This document shows positions 9,896 through 17,218 of a stretch of 56,468 bases of DNA, in pieces. The DNA lies in IMG/VR virus record IMGVR_UViG_3300020282_000004, positions 1-56,468 of that record. One strand, 5' to 3'. Position 1 is the first letter of the stretch. Each line of letters opens with the position of its first letter. The notes beneath the pieces are model-generated. The model was not told the DNA's origin, made no database searches, and saw only the letters and a program-made list of their open reading frames with translations. Origin of the DNA: a virus. Lineage: Duplodnaviria > Caudoviricetes. A program made the position numbers and the translations under genes.

Positions 9896-10159
9896 TTACT
9901 TAGATTCAGATTCCTTGTCGACCTCTGCTGCTGTCTTAACAACCTTTAGGTCGAACGCTTGTGCTACCTGCTTCTCTTCACCAACAGCTAGTGCTACTGA
10001 GTTTGCATTGCAGTGTGCTACAAGAGCAGCAATGATCTCATCCTTGGCTATCCTAGCTCTGTTAGTCAAAGCATTGTCAGCCCAGTCCTGTGGGGATGCT
10101 GCTGCATACTCAAGACACTTTAGTTCTGTGTCGGTTAGTGTTACTTTAATCTCTGCCAT
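9896..10159 (-). CDS. small fibre-associated hypothetical protein
   Basis: 87 aa ORF with AGGAG RBS inside the fibre cluster. Confidence 0.55.
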   Translation of the reverse strand: MAEIKVTLTDTELKCLEYAAASPQDWADNALTNRARIAKDEIIAALVAHCNANSVALAVGEEKQVAQAFDLKVVKTAAEVDKESESK

Positions 10160-10168
10160 ATTATACTC

Positions 10169-10552
10169 CTATGGTTTTGTAGGCCAAGTTACATCATCTA
10201 AACTGGTTGCAGTCTTTGTTATGTCACGCAAGTCAGTTCTATATTTTTTCTGTGCATCAGTCATAGTTAGGTCACTTGATGCCCACCAGTCTACCTCTGC
10301 TAATCTACGGTTACGCTCTTCACGTAGTAGTCTCATGGGTTCTGCTGCTACAAGTTCATCCTTCTTAGCTTTAACTTTATCCCACGTTGTACCGAAGTGC
10401 GCTGGGTCTGAGCTTTCTATGGCAGAGCCTCCACTATCTACGCCCATGACCTTGCGGAACATAGTCTCAAACTCTTTCTCAGTTGTTGGCTCTCCACGTA
10501 ACACCCACTCGTCTACGCCTAGTTTTTTTAATGCTGTTGCTATATCTGTCAT
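10169..10552 (-). CDS. tail fibre assembly chaperone-like protein
   Basis: LREERNRRLAEVDWW...YRTDLRDIT...VTWPTKP signature. Confidence 0.7.
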   Translation of the reverse strand: MTDIATALKKLGVDEWVLRGEPTTEKEFETMFRKVMGVDSGGSAIESSDPAHFGTTWDKVKAKKDELVAAEPMRLLREERNRRLAEVDWWASSDLTMTDAQKKYRTDLRDITKTATSLDDVTWPTKP

Positions 10553-10556
10553 TTGT

Positions 10557-11060
10557 TTATCCTATTTTGTATATCGAAAAGCCAGAGTAAGTTCCACCAT
10601 GACCATCCGATGTAGCGCCCACTTCCTCAGTTTCTACGTTTATATATTGTCCTGCTGTCGCTGCTACAATTCCGCTACAAGAATATGAATGCCAATAATT
10701 TCCATTCATTATTATATATGTTCTAAATTTAGCAGTGCCGTTAAGTTTTATAACCCACGATACAGCACCACTTCCCCCATAAGCCATATTATAATAACTA
10801 ACATAATAGTCCCCTGCTACTGGAAGAGTAAAACGACCATTACTACCATCAAAAGTTATTCCTACAGGTGTAATATTATTCACAACAGTTGATGCATTTA
10901 AATACTGTTCATTAACGGAGTAAGAAATATTATTATTTGAGCTATGGCTAACATGTATTCTAGGTAAGGCAGGGGTATTTACACGACCACCACTATCTAT
11001 GGTTAACCCAGTAGTACCACCAGTGTTCTGTATCGTATCAACTTTAAGGATAGAACTCAT
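10557..11060 (-). CDS. short adhesin with C1q-like head
   Basis: MSSILKVDTIQ N-terminus; GITFDGSNGRFTLPVAGDYYV. Confidence 0.6.
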   Translation of the reverse strand: MSSILKVDTIQNTGGTTGLTIDSGGRVNTPALPRIHVSHSSNNNISYSVNEQYLNASTVVNNITPVGITFDGSNGRFTLPVAGDYYVSYYNMAYGGSGAVSWVIKLNGTAKFRTYIIMNGNYWHSYSCSGIVAATAGQYINVETEEVGATSDGHGGTYSGFSIYKIG

Positions 11061-11578
11061 TGAGCTATCTCCATTAATATAAGTGACGACTGTCCAAATG
11101 TAGTATCCCCATGATTTACAGTTAGAATTGAACCAGCAGTACCATAGGCTTTACCTTTGACGCTATATGTTGTTGCTGAAGTTGTACTAGGACTATCTAT
11201 AATATTATTTGAGTATCTAACACAAAGTTCTCCACCGCTATGACCACCATCGTAATGACCTATTTCAAAAGGTCCTGCATTATCTCCAGCAAGTGTCTGT
11301 AATTGAGTTGAGCCTCTTAAAATTTCAAAACCAGTGTTATAATAAGTAGTATTTGGATCGTTTACTTTCATACTAATATTAACCATAACAACTATTTTAC
11401 TGGTGCTGAACTTTGGAGTTATTGCTAAAGAAGCTCCAGTTATTGCTGTAGCACTCTGAGATGAAATAGTTGTTTTAGTATTCCAAGATGTATTAACCAA
11501 CTGAACAACATGGCCTGGAATAGCCACACCATTACCACTAGTCTTTTCGTTTATGGTGTCTACCTTCAGGATGCTCAT
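11057..11578 (-). CDS. short adhesin module
   Basis: Likely start MSILKVDTINE at the ATGA overlap (11578); ITPKFSTSKI...DSPSTTSATTY...LMEIAQ. Confidence 0.6.
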   Translation of the reverse strand: MSILKVDTINEKTSGNGVAIPGHVVQLVNTSWNTKTTISSQSATAITGASLAITPKFSTSKIVVMVNISMKVNDPNTTYYNTGFEILRGSTQLQTLAGDNAGPFEIGHYDGGHSGGELCVRYSNNIIDSPSTTSATTYSVKGKAYGTAGSILTVNHGDTTFGQSSLILMEIAQ

Positions 11579-12339
11579 TGTGCTACCTCTTCGATAACCA
11601 TCATCCAATACTTTGGATAACTATCACTATAATCTCCCCAGTAAACTGAATCAGCGGAACTCCACAATCTTACTTCAAGATAAACAAATATATCGCCAGT
11701 GTGATTATTATAAGCAGATACTCCATCATTGAGGCAAACGCTATATGTGGCGCTATCAACAGCCGCTAAACTAGATCCTCCATACCCTCCTGCACCCCAA
11801 CCATTGTAAGGCCCATTTTCAATAAAATCATTGTCGTAGCCACTGGCACTTGAACTGTATGTTCTAGCGTGTTTGACTCTCATACCCCAACCAGAGCTGG
11901 TGTTTCCCATGTAAGCATGCATCATGGGAGTGCAAATAATTTTTGAAGTAGCCAGTTTCTTGTTAAAAACCAATATACCTGCATTTCCACTGTATCTAGG
12001 GCCGCTGTAACTTGTTCCAGTATTTGGCATCGTTACCCAGGCAGTGGTTCCAGGTTGTTGCAGACGAGCGCCAGAGCCATACCCTGAATTGTAAAGTTCT
12101 TTATTTACAACGGAGCCAGATGGCATGTCTTCGTATCTTAGATTATCCGTAACTTCTAATGTCTGACCAGTTGGTATAATAACTTTATTAGCATTACTAC
12201 CACTAGTTGCCCCTCTAATATTTTCTACTGTTAGTGTTCCGCTAGTAGTATCTAAAGTTTGACCAGAAGGTATAACTATTTTGTTGGCATTACCGCCACT
12301 GCTAAGACCTTTGAGGTTTTCTACATGTAAAGTACTCAT
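11575..12339 (-). CDS. adhesin module with duplicated N-terminal segment
   Basis: TLHVENLKG..GNANKIVIPSGQTL and TLTVENIRG..SNANKVIIPTGQTL in tandem; C-terminal EEVAQ. Confidence 0.6.
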   Translation of the reverse strand: MSTLHVENLKGLSSGGNANKIVIPSGQTLDTTSGTLTVENIRGATSGSNANKVIIPTGQTLEVTDNLRYEDMPSGSVVNKELYNSGYGSGARLQQPGTTAWVTMPNTGTSYSGPRYSGNAGILVFNKKLATSKIICTPMMHAYMGNTSSGWGMRVKHARTYSSSASGYDNDFIENGPYNGWGAGGYGGSSLAAVDSATYSVCLNDGVSAYNNHTGDIFVYLEVRLWSSADSVYWGDYSDSYPKYWMMVIEEVAQ

Positions 12340-12803
12340 ATGATTGTCAAGTTCCCATTAACTGTAAGCGTTATGTTTGACGCTATTGTTAGAGGTCCAT
12401 TACAACTAGCATTCTGTGAGCTAGGTATTGTTGTGTCTGTACCCATGCTTTGCTCATTAGTCTGAAACAAAGCGGTCTTTATAGTATTCTGTGTTGTGTC
12501 GTATATTGGCGCTCTGATACTAGCTGCAAATGTGCCACCACCTGAAAGTGTGGGTGCATCTGCTACGCTGAATATGTTGTGAGCTATAATAGTAATCTCA
12601 TCGTCTAGCGCAGCGCCAGTGCCTAACACCACTGTAGTTCCTGTGGTAGCTGTGTAGTCAGCAGGTTGTAACAGTATTCCGTTTTGATATACGTCTACGT
12701 TTCCAATAGAGTATACAGCATTAAATGTGGTTTGTCCAGCAGTAGCTGTAAATGTGTGCGCTCTTCTTGTACCTTCGGTTAGTGTCTGTCCTATGTATGC
12801 CAT
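12336..12803 (-). CDS. fibre branch/adaptor protein
   Basis: MAYIG, TFTATAGQTTF, C-terminal NASCNGPLTIASNITLTVNGNLTII. Confidence 0.6.
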   Translation of the reverse strand: MAYIGQTLTEGTRRAHTFTATAGQTTFNAVYSIGNVDVYQNGILLQPADYTATTGTTVVLGTGAALDDEITIIAHNIFSVADAPTLSGGGTFAASIRAPIYDTTQNTIKTALFQTNEQSMGTDTTIPSSQNASCNGPLTIASNITLTVNGNLTII

Positions 12804-12812
12804 GTCTGTGTT

Positions 12813-13556
12813 CTAACCTAATAAATAAATTGACCAATTTGAATGATAGCCATATATATCACCTTGGTGATAATAAGTAATTGTATCATTAGCAGATGCG
12901 TTCATTATGTAACTTGCAGAAATATTATTATCTGGATAACCAGTATCAGCATTTTGGTAACCCATAAGATTATCACCCCAATAAGCACCGTTTCTTCCAA
13001 CACGACCAATATGTAAGGTAGTTCCAGAGTTGTTAACCCAAATACTTAATTGTATCATATATTTACCTGCTATTGGACAGGTAAAAACACCAGTATTATG
13101 ATTGAAATGACCCCCCTGATTAAACCATCCTGATTGAGTTGTTCTCCAATCAGGAACCACAGTGTAACTACTGTAATTACGCCACCCAAAGTTTCCATCG
13201 GCTTGAAAAGCTGGCTGATTAGGCTTTGTCACATAGCCATCAGCATTTATTGTCATGCGTGGGTCACCCATAGCAACACCACCAGCAGCAGTGCCAAATT
13301 CCATTTTAAGACCACCACCACTTCCTTGTGATCTACCTCTTATATAACCTCTAGTGCCACTAGAATTTGTATCAGCATCATCACCAGACAGAATAATTTG
13401 ACCATAAAGATCATCATTAGCAATAGTGGTGTCTGTTCTATGTAAAGTAACCTGTGAACCTGACGCATTATTGATTGCCAAGTTACCTGTCATGGTATCG
13501 CCAGCGGTGTTTACAAACCGTGTTTCACCAGTAGCTAAATCTTTAGATCTACCCAT
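12813..13556 (-). CDS. fibre protein with C1q-like head
   Basis: MGRSKDLA, PNQPAF, NQGGHFNHNTGVFTCPIAGKY. Confidence 0.6.
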   Translation of the reverse strand: MGRSKDLATGETRFVNTAGDTMTGNLAINNASGSQVTLHRTDTTIANDDLYGQIILSGDDADTNSSGTRGYIRGRSQGSGGGLKMEFGTAAGGVAMGDPRMTINADGYVTKPNQPAFQADGNFGWRNYSSYTVVPDWRTTQSGWFNQGGHFNHNTGVFTCPIAGKYMIQLSIWVNNSGTTLHIGRVGRNGAYWGDNLMGYQNADTGYPDNNISASYIMNASANDTITYYHQGDIYGYHSNWSIYLLG

Positions 13557-13888
13557 TAGGTAATCTCCAATATACTCATCATTACGTCACAAGAAGAGGC
13601 TGCACTTGATGTCACTTTAATGCTATCGCCTGTTTGTAAGACAACCTTTTGATCACCTCCCACAACAACAAGTGAGCCTCCGCTAGGTACGGTAGCCTGT
13701 TTAACTAAGAACGTATCATTAGATCCATCGTTGTGTGTTACGTCAACTGTGATAGCTGCAGTAGTTCTGTTAGCACAAGACAAACCAATAACGGTTGTGG
13801 CTGTGCTTGCACCCACTGTGTAGCTTCCCACCGTAACTGCTGATGTTCCTATGCTACGTGAAGTTTTTCTAAGAAATGTATTTGCCAT
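13556..13888 (-). CDS. conserved small virion protein
   Basis: MANTF...VP.GGSLVVVGGDQKVVLQTGDSIKV...MSILEIT. Confidence 0.6.
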   Translation of the reverse strand: MANTFLRKTSRSIGTSAVTVGSYTVGASTATTVIGLSCANRTTAAITVDVTHNDGSNDTFLVKQATVPSGGSLVVVGGDQKVVLQTGDSIKVTSSAASSCDVMMSILEIT

Positions 13889-13892
13889 ATTG

Positions 13893-14396
13893 CTATCCCA
13901 AAGCTATCGCTAGTGCAACAGCAGTTCCTGCTGGCTCAAAGGCTGTGGATGCAGCAACACGTGCATCTGCTCTAGCGTTGGTGAAATATAAGTTAGTAGA
14001 TCCTTCTGATAAATTATCTGTGTCGTGATTACCAAAAGTAATAATAGATGCTAAGTCGTGATCGTTTGATGCAGGGTCAAGGTGAGCAGCAACACTAGCA
14101 GGTAAAGTTATGAATACAAACTTAGTTCCTGCTGAAAAGTTTGTCGCTGATCCACCATTTGAACTGGACAACACTGTAGTTCGTGAGAGAGTATTAGTGC
14201 CACTGTATGTGCCTAGCCCTACTTCCCACTCATCTACTCCATTAGCTGTGTGTACAATGGCATAGTAAGTTGTGTCATTAGTAGACATAACTGATGCAAA
14301 GGTATCGAAGGTAGCACTAGCTCCTCCAAGAGTTATGTTACTTACGCCTGTGCTGGTAGTAGTTTCACGTACTCGGTCTTTTAGTACTAGTGCCAT
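13893..14396 (-). CDS. virion/fibre-anchor protein
   Basis: MALVLKDRVRETTT...WEVGLGTY...NFSAGTK; C-terminal AVALAIALG. Confidence 0.6.
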   Translation of the reverse strand: MALVLKDRVRETTTSTGVSNITLGGASATFDTFASVMSTNDTTYYAIVHTANGVDEWEVGLGTYSGTNTLSRTTVLSSSNGGSATNFSAGTKFVFITLPASVAAHLDPASNDHDLASIITFGNHDTDNLSEGSTNLYFTNARADARVAASTAFEPAGTAVALAIALG

Positions 14397-14406
14397 TTTA
14401 TTATCC

Positions 14407-14847
14407 TTACGTTATACGTATAACTGCGTTGGATGCGTCTGCTGTAGGAAAGATTACAGTAAAGTCACCTGCTGTCGATGCCACGTTTGAGCCAAACGAG
14501 AATACAGCTATTGCTTTATTACTTGCCGAACTGTTATATATGATAGCCCCAGCAGCCGTTATTGTCAGGTTCGAGAACACTTCATCTGCAAAGTCTACAA
14601 ATGCCGTAGTTCCCGATAACGTTATTGTAGCGGAATCTAACGTTTGCCCTCCTGCACTATAGTTTGTTCCTGTAGCTTCATCTGAACTACCTGTTACGTC
14701 AGAGTAATTAGTTGTAGCTGCACCAAAGTTACCTGTAGGTGATGGCTTTATCAACGCTATCTTCAGCGTGTGTGTGTCTAAATCGTGAACACCCCCAAGT
14801 AGCTCTTGCTTGAAGCTGTTGCACATTGCTGTAGTAATAGTACCCAT
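14407..14847 (-). CDS. capsid decoration / virion structural protein
   Basis: AMCNSFKQELL.G.HD motif; directly downstream of the MCP. Confidence 0.6.
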   Translation of the reverse strand: MGTITTAMCNSFKQELLGGVHDLDTHTLKIALIKPSPTGNFGAATTNYSDVTGSSDEATGTNYSAGGQTLDSATITLSGTTAFVDFADEVFSNLTITAAGAIIYNSSASNKAIAVFSFGSNVASTAGDFTVIFPTADASNAVIRIT

Positions 14848-14874
14848 GAGAATGTCCTTATGTTAAATGCACGA

Positions 14875-14896
14875 AGAGGCCACCGAAGCAGCCTCT
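14875..14896 (-). terminator. UUCG-capped stem-loop after the MCP stop (terminator or 3' stabiliser)
   Basis: AGAGGCTGC-TTCG-GTGGCCTCT on the - strand (with G-U pairs); weak U tract. Confidence 0.6.
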
Positions 14897-14911
14897 AAGT
14901 TTATCTTATGA

Positions 14912-15979
14912 TTATGCAACGTTGTAAATAGCTGACACCAATCCTTGTGGGCGTAGAATCTTACGTCCATATAGGTGCATACCACGTACAATGTCTGCAA
15001 ATGAGTCGGGATCTCTATAGTTCTCAACTTTATTCATTTGCTCTGCAGTTGCTACAGACTCTTGCTGTCCACCTAAGATTACACCGTAGTGTGCATCTTG
15101 GGCTAGTGCGCCAGCATGAGTTGGACCATTACCTTTGGCAGGTAGGTTGTTTGAAACGTACACTTGAAAACCGTGAATGTTTCCTGCAACCAATCCATTT
15201 TGTAGACCTGACCCACCGAAGTCTGCATTGAGAAGACGTGAGTCTTCGTCTTTTAGCAGTTCCATGAATACTGGATCTACAACCAACCAACGTGAACGTG
15301 AGTCAACGTTTTCTGTGTCCATTTGACGTGCCATACGTGCGATGACTGTCAATGGGGATACAGTAGCTGATGATAGTGCAGTTGCACCAGGCAAACGTGT
15401 AGCTAGTGGAATAGAGTCACCAGTAGCATATGCTGTTGATGCAGCGTCTGCTGATCCTAGTGCGCCCATATCAGTAGCGTCCAACTGGTTAGCCTTTAAA
15501 GATTCACCGTTGATTTCACTTGATGTTGGGTGCTGTGCGTCACCTGAAGATGAAGTAATCAATGCTCCAGATGTGTCATAGCCTGACATGTAGGAAAGAA
15601 CATCTACGTCAATAGCGTCTGCCATTTTGTAGGCTGCTCTATCTGCAGCTAGACTTACGAAGTCAACATGAGAGAACTGCTCTTCGATGTCATCCATTTT
15701 AAAAGCAAAGTAGTTAGCTTTGTCAATGGTGAGTGAGAAATCCTGATCGTCTAACTTCTCTACAGAAATACCTGTGTGACGCTGTAGTGCGTTAACAGTT
15801 ACGTCTGGTTCTTTTTGGATGCGTACAACGTCACCCTGATTTGCAATTTCACCAAAGTATGAGTTGTTGGTGATTGCACTTACTACAGACGATTTTCGCA
15901 GTGCGATTTGCGCCTGTTTGGAGAACATTATCGGACTAAAATTGCCGTTAAAGCCTCCACTTGCTGATGCTATAGCCAT
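14912..15979 (-). CDS. major capsid protein (HK97 fold, P22-coat-like)
   Basis: AAGGAG RBS then ATG at 15979; FSPIMFSK, GEIANQGDVVRI, YRDPDSFADIVRGMHLYGRKILRP; follows the scaffold gene. Confidence 0.88.
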   Translation of the reverse strand: MAIASASGGFNGNFSPIMFSKQAQIALRKSSVVSAITNNSYFGEIANQGDVVRIQKEPDVTVNALQRHTGISVEKLDDQDFSLTIDKANYFAFKMDDIEEQFSHVDFVSLAADRAAYKMADAIDVDVLSYMSGYDTSGALITSSSGDAQHPTSSEINGESLKANQLDATDMGALGSADAASTAYATGDSIPLATRLPGATALSSATVSPLTVIARMARQMDTENVDSRSRWLVVDPVFMELLKDEDSRLLNADFGGSGLQNGLVAGNIHGFQVYVSNNLPAKGNGPTHAGALAQDAHYGVILGGQQESVATAEQMNKVENYRDPDSFADIVRGMHLYGRKILRPQGLVSAIYNVA

Positions 15980-16172
15980 AATTAAATCTCCTTTATAGAT
16001 ATGGCGTTGAAGTAACACTACATACCCACGATGAAGAGGCTCTTTGTTTTAGGGTAGTCAGCTATGCTTAGAGACTGCGCTGTCTCTTTGCGCTGGGCCT
16101 ATACGTAGAGGTAAGTCTTTGTGTGGCTAGTGCTTGATTAAAGCATACACACTAATGCTGTGTATATGCCAT

Positions 16173-16201
16173 AGTTGTATCTACGATGTTAGAAATGTCA
16201 A
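16173..16201 (-). promoter_or_regulatory. promoter TTGACA-N16-TACAACT upstream of the MCP
   Basis: Sigma70-like -35/-10; same architecture at 28518, 29073 and 40302. Confidence 0.6.
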
Positions 16202-17170
16202 CTACTTTCTTGAAACATCGTAAATAAATCTTCCATTACGTTGAGCGTCTAATATTTCTTCTTGTCGCTTTTCGTACTGTTTAATAGACATTGCAGCTAC
16301 TTCTGATTCACGAATGTATCCTGCTGCTTCATCTGGCTCTGGCGCTGCTGCGCTTTTTGTTTTTACAGAAGATGCTGCTGCTTTTTCTGAAGGTTTAGCT
16401 TTGCTTTTAGTATTAATACCTTTATCTATTTTGTAAAGGTCTATTACACGTGCTACAGATTTTGCATCGTCAACATTTTCATACAGAGCATCCTGTACCC
16501 ACTTAGGTTGTTCTTTAGCCCAGTTATGAAATGTATCGTCTTGACGTATTTCTATAAAGTCAGGATGTATCTTAACAAGTTCTGCTTCTGCTTTTTCTCT
16601 TTGTGCATTTACTTTGAGTTCTTCAAACTCAGCCATGCGTTCTTCTAAAGCAGTAGCAGATGCCTTGGCTTTTTTATCAGCAATACTTTCTATAATAGCT
16701 GCAACATCTGGATACTCTTTGGTCCAAGCTTCAAGCTCTTCATCTGTTTTAGGTAATACAAGTTCCTGCTTTGCAGCTTTGTTTACCTGTGCTTCTAGTG
16801 CTGCTATCTTTGCGTTGAACTCTTCTTCTTTCTTTTGTGAGTGTCTACGCAAATCACCATAACGTTTCTTGAAGTTCTTTTCCTCTGCACCTAAGTCATC
16901 TTCTTCTTGTGCTTTGGCTTCTGGTTTTTCTTCTTGTTTGGTATCACTCTCTGCCTGTACTGGTTCAGCTTCAGGCTCTTCGCTACTGGGTTTATCTTCA
17001 GTACTTTCTTCATCTGTTATACCTAAAGCTTCTTTCTTCATAGCTAAAAGCTCTTCTTCATCTTGCTTGATACGTTCTTCGTTGGTTAAGTATCCACCTT
17101 GACCCATCATTACTCTTGGGATCTTAGGTTTTACCATTGGATGTGGTTTTGCTTCTTCGCTTGTAGCCAT
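16202..17170 (-). CDS. capsid scaffolding protein
   Basis: Acidic coiled coil, FKKRYGDLRRH, HPDF..I...F..W...QP motif; directly before the MCP. Confidence 0.75.
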   Translation of the reverse strand: MATSEEAKPHPMVKPKIPRVMMGQGGYLTNEERIKQDEEELLAMKKEALGITDEESTEDKPSSEEPEAEPVQAESDTKQEEKPEAKAQEEDDLGAEEKNFKKRYGDLRRHSQKKEEEFNAKIAALEAQVNKAAKQELVLPKTDEELEAWTKEYPDVAAIIESIADKKAKASATALEERMAEFEELKVNAQREKAEAELVKIHPDFIEIRQDDTFHNWAKEQPKWVQDALYENVDDAKSVARVIDLYKIDKGINTKSKAKPSEKAAASSVKTKSAAAPEPDEAAGYIRESEVAAMSIKQYEKRQEEILDAQRNGRFIYDVSRK

Positions 17171-17193
17171 TTGTTTTCTCCTTATGTTGGGGT

Positions 17194-17207
17194 CAGCCGA
17201 AGCTGAG
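17194..17207 (-). promoter_or_regulatory. UUCG hairpin in the scaffold leader
   Basis: TCAGC-TTCG-GCTGA just upstream of the AAGGAG RBS. Confidence 0.45.
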
Positions 17208-17218
17208 TGGCCTTATAG

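Noticed and set aside
7136-13556. Diversity-generating retroelement or invertase shuffling of the adhesin cluster
   Set aside because: No reverse transcriptase, no TR/VR pair with adenine-specific differences, no invertase, and all genes are co-oriented
15980-16018. 13 aa N-terminal extension of the MCP in the ORF track
   Set aside because: The AAGGAG RBS lies within it and points to ATG 15979
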